Assembly: GCA_951406725.2 (NCBI GenBank)
Contig: OX597830.1
Location: 37,076,001 to 37,140,000 of the forward strand
Direction of reading: 5' to 3'
Source of the DNA: Octopus vulgaris
Taxonomy: Eukaryota
DNA length: 64,000 bases
Shown here piece after piece: positions 12,894-24,559 of this stretch. The notes beneath the pieces were generated by a model, which made no database searches, was not told the DNA's origin, and saw only the letters and a program-made list of their open reading frames with translations. Position 1 is the first letter of the stretch; each line of letters starts with the position of its first letter. Position numbers and translations under genes: made by a program.

Positions 12894-13489
12894 CAATAAT
12901 GTCACATATTTTTTAAAAATCTAATTTTACATATCAATATTTGAGAAGTATCTTTGTTTTTATAAACATTTTCACATGCATAACATTACCACCCTTGTGC
13001 GAAGCATTTTCACAATAGACTTAAGCTTTGTACTACGAATGGTTGCATTTGGTTACATTCAGTCGAGAAAGTATAGAATACATTGTATGGCAATCATTAC
13101 ATTTGTAGCAATAAGTCTTAATCGACATTCAATCGCAAAACGTATTTTGTATTTTATCTATAAATATCAATACTGCAAAAATATATTTGTCCGTCCCTTT
13201 AAGAATAATTTAACATAAATAAAGTTACTATTCTAAGTTACCTTGGTGTTCACAACAAGAATATTCGATTGATGCATTCTAATATATCTCACTGAAGGCT
13301 GTCAGCCAGCGTTAACGTTTGTGCATTGTGATGAGTGAATAACATGAAAAGTGAAACTGATAGGGAATAATGTATTTTGGAATAATATGATCAATTGGAA
13401 TAAAAAAAAAACAGGAATTGCGAATTTTCCTTTTCTATTTCAGTTTCTGTATATCATCATTGTGTGGGACATACATTAAGATGCGCAAA

Positions 13490-13777
13490 CACACATGTAT
13501 TCATATATATATATACATAATAAATACACACACGCACGCGCAGACACACACATGCGCGCGCACACACATGCACGCACACGCACACACTCACACACACATA
13601 CGAACACATATATACATAACAAAACCGCACACACATCCATATATTCAATTATACATATACATACAAATACATACGAAATTACACACACACGCAGAGATAT
13701 GTGTGTGCGCGTGTTGTAGTTATATGCATGTGTGTGTATATATATATAGGCTTATTTTCTTGCATACGGATGCATAC

Positions 13778-13808
<31 letters not shown>

Positions 13809-14300
13809 CACAAACGCACAACACAGGCATACATAAACACACACACACATACACCCACGCGCACACACATATATGCTTGTACGCACACACACGTGTACAA
13901 ACGCACACGCGTACATACACACGCACAAGAATGCACAGATACCCAACCCACATAATCCCACGCACACGCAGACACACATACCTACACACACATAAACGTA
14001 CACACGTACACACAACCACATACACACACACTAGATATACATACACGCGCACACACATACTTCAAACTACCTGGACCTTTCTACTGACCATTCTTCTACG
14101 CACATGTGTAGGTAGACACACAACAGGCACCACTCTTACAAAAATTCTTCCTATGACCTTAAACGATTCAAGCCCAGCCACACACATAGAAAAACAGCCA
14201 CAACACACACACACACACATGATATCATTGCACACACACATGTGCTATCATTACACACAGACCTGCGCGTGCACACATACCCACATATACACACATACCT
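13490..14300. repeat. Degenerate CA/TA-rich low-complexity tract
   Basis: Alternating purine-pyrimidine sequence; the source of the His/Thr ORFs. Confidence 0.85.
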
Positions 14301-14357
14301 CCTTCTCTTGCACTCTCCTGTCTTTGAAAGAACTTTTTCTTCACTCATTCCCTTCCG

Positions 14358-14562
14358 GTCATTTCAATATGTGACTGCCTGTGTATCGTTGGCGATTTCT
14401 TTCTCCGTCTTCCCTTCTTTGGACTTCTATATTTCTGATGAAGAGCTCCGCTCGAAACGTGATATCCTCTTTTCTATTCTTTCCTGATCGTCCTATAACA
14501 CTGTACTTATTCCACGTCCTCGCGTTATTGTTTTTACTTGCGTGTTCATGTTTGGATTGACT

Positions 14563-14563
<1 letters not shown>
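14358..14563 (+). mobile_element. Repeat family D: ~210-bp element with a minimal hammerhead motif (PLE pseudo-LTR-like)
   Basis: TTTCAA.ATGT..ATCGTTGGCGATTT..TTGGACTT..CTGATGAAGAGCTCCGCTCGAAACGT..ACGTCCTCGCGTT; homologues at 15132-15345 and 28150-28375. Confidence 0.75.
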
Positions 14564-14604
<41 letters not shown>

Positions 14605-15131
14605 CTCCAGATAAACGATACAAAGAAAACAAGGACGTATCATTCGGAGTTTTCTTTCCTCAGTCGAGTTCCAGATTACCTTTGCAATTTCGGCTGGTGA
14701 TACTCACGATTGCTCCAATCTGGCCAGCCCCAAGGAAAAACTAAGCTAAGAGCATTAGATTCCTTGGAAGAAAGCAGCGAATGTATAAGAAAACAAAGAC
14801 GGAAAAACAGAGAATGTCACACAAATACAAATAACAGGACATAACAACAGGTGTCTTTCGACTAAGGACGAATTAAATTAATCTAGCAGGGATACAAGAT
14901 TTCACAGGCTCAGGGAGGAATATAGATGTTGCACGGACGGCGGCCAAACCAAGAAAGAAAGGTTAGGCTTGGCCGAACACCGGTGACGTGGGGAAAGAAG
15001 AGAGAGAAGTAGACAGAAGAATTATATATATATATATATAATTCATCTCTCCCATTTCTCTCTCTTTCTCTCTCTTTTTCATTCTGCCTCCCTCCCCCTT
15101 CTCTCTCTCCCTCTCTCTCTATATATATATA

Positions 15132-15340
15132 ATTTCAAAATGTGAACACGTGAATCGTTGGCGATTTCCTTCTTCTATCCTCCTTACTATTGGACTTTCC
15201 TCTGTTTCGGAAGATGAGCGTTCCTCGAAATATTAGACCATCTTTCTTTCGATCCCTGAGTGTCTGCTAATACTTTCGTTACATGTACCACGTCCTCGTG
15301 TTGTGTTTTTTGTGTGTTTGTTCTTCCTCTGTTTTGGATT

Positions 15341-15345
<5 letters not shown>
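15132..15345 (+). mobile_element. Repeat family D, diverged copy with degenerate hammerhead core
   Basis: Colinear with 14358-14563. Confidence 0.7.
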
Positions 15346-15404
<59 letters not shown>

Positions 15405-15412
15405 TTACATAT

Positions 15413-15470
15413 AGATTTGGTTGACGGAAACCGAAAGAAGCCCACCGCATATATATATATATATGTCTGC

Positions 15471-15560
<90 letters not shown>
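15413..15560 (+). mobile_element. SINE family A internal fragment followed by (TA)n/(TCTA)n
   Basis: GATTTGGTTGACGGAAACCGAAAGAAGCCC matches the family A core. Confidence 0.6.
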
Positions 15561-16060
15561 GTATATATGTGTGTGCGTGTGTGTGTTTTCACATAAGTGA
15601 ACAGTTTCATTTTTACTTTTTAATGATAAGGATAAATGTTTTTTGCAAAATGTATTAATGTTTTTAATAATAATAGCCATAAAAGAAACCCACGTAGACA
15701 TCTGTACGTCCATTTTTTCATCTGCAAATCTAACATACGCCTGGAAGAAGACAGTTATGAAACAATGTCCATAAAAGGATGTATGATTCGAGGAAACAAG
15801 TATAGTTCCAAGTAATTCACTAAAATAGTGCAAAATATATCGAAGAAACAGATGTGGAAGGTGGAATAATGATAGACAGAGAAATCGTAAGAGGCTTAAG
15901 GTCTGTAAATGGCAAGATAATCAGTGAAAATTACAACTAGAAAATTCAAAGGTGAAAGTTATAGTGTGCAAAAAAGTGGAGATGAACCGAGTATGTGATA
16001 AACATGAAGAGGTAAATAGAAAAAAATAATAAAATCAGTGAAAGTCAGTGAAAGTAGATA

Positions 16061-16245
16061 CCGTATTTGAGGGCATATACGATGCGCTTTTCTCCTCAAA
16101 CGTCTAAAAGCAAAAATTATCTCGGGTCCAGTTTTACGCTTATATTATATTCTTCAATTTACTAAAACCTTTCCCACTGAACTTACGCTGCTAACATTGG
16201 AGTGCGTCTTATACGCTCGCGCATCATTTGTACCATCAAATACTG
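16061..16245. mobile_element. Tc2/pogo-like MITE with ~26-bp TIRs and TA TSD
   Basis: TA|CCGTATTTGAGGGCATATACGATGCG ... CGCATCATTTGTACCATCAAATACTG|TA; internal GTGCGTCTTATAC motif. Confidence 0.7.
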
Positions 16246-16342
16246 TAGTTGCAAATATTTAGGTCATACTTTACTATTTCGTCTCAGACGATGAGTTGAG
16301 AATATGAATAATGTCAAAATGGAATTGTTTGAGCAATTTCTG

Positions 16343-16420
<78 letters not shown>

Positions 16421-16489
16421 ACACACACATAAATACATATGTAGATATTTATAAACACACACACATATATATATATACACATATATTTT

Positions 16490-16534
<45 letters not shown>

Positions 16535-16583
16535 GAATATATATATATATATAAGTGTGAACATGTAAGTATGTATGTATGTG

Positions 16584-16611
<28 letters not shown>

Positions 16612-16616
<5 letters not shown>

Positions 16617-16670
16617 GCTGTATACACTTAAATATGAAATATCTTAGTGACGTTGGACTAAAACTAACCA

Positions 16671-16710
<40 letters not shown>

Positions 16711-16715
16711 CATAC

Positions 16716-16750
<35 letters not shown>

Positions 16751-16755
16751 CACAC

Positions 16756-16828
<73 letters not shown>

Positions 16829-17262
16829 GATGTGAGTGTGTGAATATGTATGTATATATCTTTATATGCGTATATGTTGATATGTATATTCGGTTCTATA
16901 TATCTGAGTTTTCCGTGTTCGTATGTATACATTTGTTGACTGTCGGTAGTATAATATTGATTATATCTCTGCATTTATTCATGTCCACGAGTGTGAGACA
17001 TCAATAAATAAGCGGAGTGGAACTACTTAAAAGATTTCCTTAAAAAAAAGTAAAATAGAAATCTGTTTAAAAATAAAATCACATGCATTATCCTCATATC
17101 CCCCTGACACATTCATTTTACTGACGAATAACACATTCTTGAGTACAACGTTAATGTTTTTGATAGAATAAAATTGGGTAAAGATACACATATAGATTTT
17201 GTTTGGTTAGTTTTAGTCCAACGTCACTAAGATATTTCATATTTAAGTGTATACAGCATATA
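16612..17262. repeat. Perfect 63-bp inverted repeat pair (16612-16674 / 17200-17262)
   Basis: TATATGCTGTATACACTTAAATATGAAATATCTTAGTGACGTTGGACTAAAACTAACCAAACA and its exact reverse complement. Confidence 0.92.
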
Positions 17263-18232
17263 ACATTCAGCAATTTTTCGAACTAATATAATCATGTATC
17301 ACTCTATAACATTATTTGTATCAAATTTTCATTGATCACAGTCTATTTTCTAACAGGATAAAAAATAAACGAAAGCAAAACTTAAAAAAGGGAAAAAAAA
17401 TAAGTCTCTTAAAATAAAACAAGCTTGGGTGAATAGCCCAGAATCACATTTTATTTTTCACTGTTTTTGTTTCATAATTTTCTTCTACATTTCAACACTT
17501 TCTAGTTATTGATTAGTAAAAAAAAAATATTTCCAGTTCTTCCCACGAGACACGCTATATGCAATAATATTAACGGAACTGCGAATATTGATGATGATTT
17601 GGGAAATCCAAAATTCAGTTTTGACTGAAATTTAGTCAGCATTAATTAGATTTTAGGAGTCAAAAAATCCTCATGAGTTTCATATTCATCAGCTTGTTTT
17701 TGCTTTGAAAGCTTGTTTTCTGTTCTTGTTAAGCAACCGGGACTTAAGGCAACGCAGATCCGTGTTGTTAGCTTTGAATTATTTACTCTTTAATAGAAGA
17801 AACAACAATATATGTATTTCAGATTGCAGTCTACTGATTACGTAAAATAAAATAGACGACAAGCAGAAATTTAAAAAGGGCCCAATATAATATGCTGAAG
17901 CAGCGTGAGTGAAACGGAAGAGAAATGATAAATAAATTCATATAATAACATATTTTTCATGGATGTTTCATCTAAAAGAAAAAAAAAAAGCTTTGAATAG
18001 TAACATTAAACATGGGAATATATTATTCGCCTTTGAGTGAGAATTTAACCACTTACAACTTTTAACCTTCCGAAGCACATAAAATTGTACCAACCATCTA
18101 CAAGGGTTCACTCTAGGGTTGATTCTAAGGCTGAACGGAACTGTTTCTTGCTGTTTTTTTTACCGATTTAAAACTTATATATGGCAACATATGAACAACT
18201 AATAGAGGGATGTGGGCAGTGTATATTATAAC

Positions 18233-18321
<89 letters not shown>

Positions 18322-18488
18322 TTACACCCGAACGCTCACACGCACACGTCCATACACATACACGTACACGAAATGGAGTGGACAAATATAAGAAAGTGAC
18401 ACATTTGGTCCGATTTACAAACATTATTTAATAACAGTTTGACGCGAGTCAAAGTGTTATTAAATAATGTTTGTATATCGTACCAAAT

Positions 18489-18586
<98 letters not shown>

Positions 18587-18614
18587 TATATATATATATA
18601 TACTTATAAATAAG

Positions 18615-18646
18615 GATAATATCGATATTTAAATATCGATATTATC
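18615..18646. repeat. Perfect 32-bp palindrome
   Basis: GATAATATCGATATTTAAATATCGATATTATC equals its own reverse complement. Confidence 0.95.
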
Positions 18647-19257
18647 AAGTGGCCAGCATGGGAAAAAATACCGTACAAAGTTAATAATTGTTTGCAACTA
18701 AAAATAAGGGTGTCTAAGAGACACCACCATGCCGAAATAGCAGTCAAAACCCTGACTTTAAAAACCACGTTAAATGTTCATATCGTACCATGAGATAAGA
18801 CAGAGGGACAAAATAGGCTAGCAAAAAATATTATTGAATAATTCAAGATCCAGGATTTCTGGTTTTGCTTTAAATCGGTTGAATATATCAAAAGTACATA
18901 GTTGTAAAAAATTATTACCTTTGTTACTAGGCCAGCAGTTAGGGGGCCGGGTTTACGCATAAATATATGCATACGTGCATATATATGTATGTATGGACGT
19001 TCGTATATGTAAGTATATCGTTTGTTCTGCATATATATATATCTGTACGTTTGATATATTCAACCGATGACGGTAAAGCAGACGAGGGCAGCGGAATCAA
19101 ACTCCCGTATTCACCAGATGGAGTGACAGCTGGGAGAAGGGGCACATACAGGACATGTGATGTGAAGCGCCTCAGGCTGAGGAGATCAGAAAGACTAAGG
19201 TGGTGCCGCAGTATGAAGGCAGCCGCAAGAGTGAAAGATTATATGATTATATATATA

Positions 19258-19490
19258 TTTCTTTACTACCCACAAGGGGCTAAACACAGAGGGGACAAAC
19301 AAGGACAGACAAACGGATTAAGTCGATTATATCGACCCCTGTGTGTAACTGGTACTTATTTAATCGACTCCGAAAGGATGAAAGGCAAAGTCGAACTCAG
19401 AACGTAATTTGAACTCAGAACGTAACGGCAGACGAAATACGGCTATGCATTTCGCCCGGCGTGCTAACGTTTCTGCCAGCTCGCCGCCTT
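19258..19490 (-). mobile_element. SINE family C, well preserved, with Tx1-LINE-like 3' tail
   Basis: tRNA-like head (GGCGAGCTGGCAGAAACGTTAGCAC..GAGTTCAAAT), Meta-like GCCTTTCATCCTTTCGGAGTCGATTAAATAAGTACCAG, and tail TCTGTGTTTAGCCCCTTGTGGGTAGTAAAGAAA; TA-rich flanks. Confidence 0.9.
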
Positions 19491-19858
19491 TTATATATAT
19501 ATAGGTGTGTGTGTGTGTGTATGTTGCGTATGTATATGTATTATAAGGCTGTGGAACACGTAACTATAACATTAGGCATCTCTCGTAGATATTCAGTAGC
19601 AGTAAAGGCCTTCGGTTTCAATTTTCGAATTTGTTTGCTAACTGACTACAACATGTAAAATACTAAGAACGAGTCCTCCACAAAAGTTTTGTAAACATCG
19701 GCTGCCAATTGAAGTCACGTGCTGAGAGGTTATGTAAATCACGCTTAGACAAACAGAACTTCCCTGTATTTCTTCTTCTATGAATGGATAATAGATGCAA
19801 TTATTTAGCCTGAAGTTAGACTTGACACAGAAAGCTTTGATCAACTGTATAGTAAACT

Positions 19859-20078
19859 GCCTTTCATTCTTTCGGGTCCGGTAAAATAAGTACCATTTGA
19901 GCTTTGGAGGTCGATGTAATCGACGTAAACTCGGCCCCCTAACTGCTAGCCTTGTACCAAAATTGAAGTCATTCTTATTGTTTATTACTCCGCGGAGGTC
20001 AACTTTGCCTTTCATCTTTTCGGGGTCGATTAAATAAGTACCAGTTGCGCACTGGGGTCGATGTAATCGACATGATCC
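19859..20078 (+). mobile_element. Two 5'-truncated SINE family C fragments
   Basis: GCCTTTCAT..TTTCGGGGTCGATTAAATAAGTACCAG-like cores at ~19859 and ~20007. Confidence 0.8.
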
Positions 20079-20141
20079 CTTGAGCGGGTTATTTAAATCA
20101 CGCTTGGACAAATGCTACTTTCATGTATTCCTTCTATAAAT

Positions 20142-20502
20142 CGTGTCACTCCGTCGGTTACGACGACGAGGGTTCCAGTTGATCCAATCAACGGAACAGC
20201 TTGCTCGTGAAATTAATGTGGAAGTGGCTGAGCACTCCACAGACACGTGTACCCTTAACGTAGTTCGCAGGGAGGTTCAACTTAACACAGAGTGTGACAG
20301 GGCTGGCCCTTTGAAATACAGGTATAATAGAAACATGAAGAGAAAGTTGTGGTGAGAGAGTACAGCGGGGTTCGCCACCCACTGCAGGAGCTTCAGGTGT
20401 TTTCGCACCTTAAACACTCACACCGCCCGATCTGGGAATCGAAACAGCGGTCCTACGACCGCGAGTCTGCTGCTCTAACCACTGGGTCTTTGCGCCTCCA
20501 CA
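20142..20502 (-). mobile_element. tRNA-headed SINE family B, full length, 11-bp TSD
   Basis: Head GGAGGCGCAAAGACCCAGTGGTTAGAGC..GTTTCGATTCCC (A/B boxes); 3' hairpin CGTCG-TAAC-CGACG; TSD CTTCTATAAAT at 20131-20141 and 20503-20513. Confidence 0.9.
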
Positions 20503-20609
20503 CTTCTATAAATAGATAATAGATGCAATTATTTTGTTTGCAGTTAGACTTGATAGAGAAGGCCAAAATCTAAGACATTGTGCCTATAGTAGAAAGTATT
20601 ATTGTTATT

Positions 20610-21035
20610 GTTAGCGCGTCGGGCAAAATGCTTAGTGGTAGTTCGTCTGTCTTTATGCGCTGAGTTCAAATTTCGCCGACGTCGACTTTGCCTTCCATCC
20701 TTTCAGGGTCAATAAAATAAAGACCAGCTGAACATTGCTGTGGATGTAATCGACTCGCCCCCTTCACCGAAATTACTAGCCTTGTGTGAAAATTTAAAAC
20801 CACTATTTTTATTATCATAAAAGCAGAGTGTTGGCAGGATCGTTAGCATGTCTGACACATTGCTTATCAGCCATTCTTCCGGTTTATGTTCTTAGTTCAT
20901 ATTCTGCCGAGGTTCCCTTTTCCTTTCATCCTTTCGGAGTCGATAGAATAAGTATCAGTTGAGAACTGGGGTCGATGCAATCGCCTACGCCCTCCACTAA
21001 AATTTAAGCCCATACGCCTATAGCACAAAGGACTA
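20610..21035 (+). mobile_element. Two tandem SINE family C copies (~20610-20800, ~20820-21035)
   Basis: Each has the head, a GAGTTCAAAT-like B box, the GCCTTYCATCCTTTC core and the tail. Confidence 0.8.
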
Positions 21036-21889
21036 TTATTATTATTATCATGTCTTCAATTCGAAAGATTTCAGTTTCGCTAAGGGATTACTTCTTCCTT
21101 CATTGAAGTTTACAGTGGCCACAGAAGAGTAAAACGTTCCAGTAAACAGAAGCAAATTATTCCGTTCTTTTGCTTTCAATTATTTCATTATACTACGTAG
21201 ACACTATCATACTTTATCACGGTATTACATTTAATTCATTTTAGTGGAGAAAATACTTAACTAATTGCTTTTATACAATAAATATATTTATAAGAAATTG
21301 AAATATCTAAATCCGGTGGGGATCCAGCGTTTTAATTTCATGTTGAAATTAATTATGTGCCGTTTTAAGGAAAACAACATTGTTGCACAAATCATCGACG
21401 CATTTCAATATATTTATTGCATATAATTCATTACACGAGCGAGAAAAAAGCTGTAAAAGTAACTATTCCACACTCTTGGTTATGTTATTTAAATCTCATT
21501 GTTCCAAATGAAGCTACCTGTAAAATGAAGCATTTTACAACCTCTCGTAAATTTAAGATCAATTCCTACAAAAGGAAATATGGGAGAGAACCACTATCAT
21601 ATATATGTGTATAAAATTAATTGAAACCATACAAGAAATCGATTTAATTTCACTGTAACTGGAACAACTATAAAATCCTAACCCTTGCATTCCATCGAAC
21701 CTTGGGACACACTCCCTGTCACCGCCGATGCATCTCCGTTGGTGATGGACTGAAATCTCACGAAGCTGTACCTTTAAAATGTTTAGCGTCTTCTCTCTCC
21801 AGACCTTCTAGATCGCTAGAAAATAGTAAGATATTATTCCAAGGTGGGCAGCCATATTTAAAACGAATGGCGATGCTCACTCCTCTCGC

Positions 21890-22050
21890 CTCCTCCTCCT
21901 CATTCTTCTTCTTCTTCTTCTTCTTCTTCTTCTTCTTCTTCTTCTTCTTCTTCTTCTTCTTCTTCTTCTTCTTCTCCTCCCTCCTCCTCCTCCTCCTCCT
22001 CCTTCTTCTTCTTCTTCTTCTTCTTCTTCTTCTTCTTCTTCTTCTTCTTC
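21890..22050. repeat. (TTC)n/(CTC)n polypyrimidine microsatellite
   Basis: Directly visible. Confidence 0.95.
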
Positions 22051-23020
22051 ATTCTGCCAAATAATTGAAAACAATGGTTTTGCATTTCCTTGTACGAATT
22101 CTTGGCATTAACACGTGTTAAATTTCAATGCCATTCTGATTTTAAGAGCCATTTGTTCTAAGTGCGCATGTCAAGGAAATATTTTCGGTTTATTTTAGAT
22201 ATTTCTCTGTCACAATATGAAGAAGATAATTGAAATACGTCAAGCAACACACAAGACTTACAATTTTTTTTCTTTATTCACAATGAAATCTTTACATGAA
22301 GAGATCCACACTAAATGTGTTCATTATTTTGAGTGTTTTGATACGACGATTGGGATAAACGATTGAATATCGCTCTAAAGATTTGATGTCATTTATTTCC
22401 ATTAAGTTCACATTCTGCTGAGGTCGACATTTCGTTTTGCAAGGCATACATTAGAGGCTAATTCAATCAATTATTTTCGTTCACTACAAAGTTATCTTGA
22501 AAGGCTTGTAATTCAGATGTACAAGTTAAAATCATTTTATTAGAGAAGACATTTACTTATGTTTATTTCCGAATAAACTTCTGTGTGTCTGACAATGAAT
22601 CTCGCGATTTAATTACGTATATCTAGCCAAAGAAATATCCTTTTCTATTACTGTTAACGCATATATGATACAACTAGTTGATGTAATATAATTGCAAAAC
22701 CAACTACGCTGTAGTTTGTAGATATCAGGAATATTACAATGCATCCATCGCCACAGGATTTAAATCCCAAACGTATACAAATTCGGAGGTTCCTGTGTCC
22801 TAGAGGGTCACATCCAGTAACGTTTTGATCTAAATGTTTATTCAAAAGAGAGAAAACTATAAAGATATTAAATTATCAATATAATATCTAGTGAATAGAG
22901 CTGGTCAATACTATTACATACTTTTTCTCAGAAATAATCTAAGCGGTTCAATGATATTTGGACATAAAGAAACAATATTTCTCCATGAAGGAAATTACTA
23001 TTCTTCTCACACTATCTCTC

Positions 23021-23237
23021 TTTATTCTCTCTTTATTTGTTTCAGTCATTTGACTGCGGCCATGCTGGAGCACCGCAATTAGTCGACTCCAGGATTTATT
23101 CTTTGTAAGCCTAGTACGTATTCTATCAGTCTCTTTTGCCGAACAGCTAAGTTACGGGGACGTAAACACACCAGCATCGGGTGTCAAGCGATGTTGGGGG
23201 GATGACAAAGAAGGACACGCAAACATATACACACATG

Positions 23238-23303
<66 letters not shown>

Positions 23304-23465
23304 GCATATATACGACAGGCTTCTTTCAGTTTCCGTCTACCAAATCCACTCACAAGGCTTTGGTCGGCCCGTAGACACTTGCTGAAGGTGCTACACAGTG
23401 GGACTGAACCCGGAACTATGTGGTTCGTAAGCAAGCTACTTACCACACAGCCACTCCTGCGCCTA
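23021..23465 (-). mobile_element. SINE family A (tRNA head, CORE-like segment, internal (TA)n), near full length
   Basis: Head AGGCGCAGGAGTGGCTGTGTGGTAAG..GGGTTCAGTCCC, then GCACCTT..GCAAGT; homologous to the copies at 56615 and 61618. Confidence 0.9.
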
Positions 23466-24050
23466 CACTTTGTTTGTTTAATGCCGAATGTCATAATTTC
23501 ACAAGATGAAAGGTTTTGCAATGACTGGTGTGTTCATTTTGTTATGTTTTCCATAGCAAGTCCATACAAATTAGACTCGCAAAGGAATGTTCGTCGTTTT
23601 TGTGACGTAGAAACCGTGTTAAATGCACGAATTTTTAATTACATATTTTAATGCAGTATTTGGATATTTAGTGCGAATGTGTTCATATCTCACGGTTTTC
23701 AATTTGATCTAGATATCATCATATACTTATGTGACTAATGCAATATGATTGCGGAGACTATCTATCTAAATATGAAGCCAACGGAGATGCACAGACAATA
23801 ATGGGTCCTCTATAGTATTTAATGATGTATATTTTGTCTCTAATATCTTCTTAGTTGGTAGAAGATGAGTTTTATAAATGGCGAGGCACCGAAAGAACAC
23901 AGTAACTGTCGAGTATAAAATACCGCAATTTAGAAGGAAGATATAGTCGATTAAATCACCAAAGGCCTTTCACTACATGGAGGATTCAGATACAACAACA
24001 ACAATAAAAACAATAATGATAATAAACATGATAACAAGGACAAGAGTAAG

Positions 24051-24137
<87 letters not shown>

Positions 24138-24155
24138 AGTAGTGAATAATAGCCG

Positions 24156-24202
<47 letters not shown>

Positions 24203-24299
24203 CTCTGTGTGTGTGTTAGAGTATGTGCATGTGTGTGTGTTTGTGTGTGTGTCGTGTGTGTGTATATATGTACATATGTATGCGTGTATGTCCGTGTGT

Positions 24300-24497
24300 C
24301 TGTGTTTGTTCCTCACTACTGCTTAACAACCGATGTCAGTGTGTTTACGTCCCCATAACTTAGTGGTTCGGCAAAATAGAGTAAGTACTTGGCTGAAAAA
24401 ATGTTCTGGGGTCGATTCATTTGACTAAAACAATCCCTCCAAGGCGGCGCCCTCGCGGGGCTGCAGTCAAAATGATTGAAACAAGTAAAAAAATAAC
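24300..24497 (+). mobile_element. SINE family A 3' half
   Basis: GTGTGTTTACGTCCCCATAACTTAGTGGTTCGGCAAAA..AAGGCGGCGC..GCAGTCAAAATGATTGAAACAAGTAAAA. Confidence 0.8.
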
Positions 24498-24559
24498 AGA
24501 TAAGCGATAGATTTTACTTGCCTCGGAACATCTAACGAGTGATTTGTCAAGTTGTGAGC

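Noticed and set aside
13418-14374. 318-aa His/Thr-rich ORF, and the many YI/CV/HT/SIYL ORFs throughout the window
   Set aside because: Stop-free frames of di- and tetranucleotide repeats.
14610-15010. Non-microsatellite island with GGCTGG..CCAGCC-GAAA on the minus strand, considered as a hammerhead
   Set aside because: No CUGANGA core; probably an unclassified repeat, single copy in this window.
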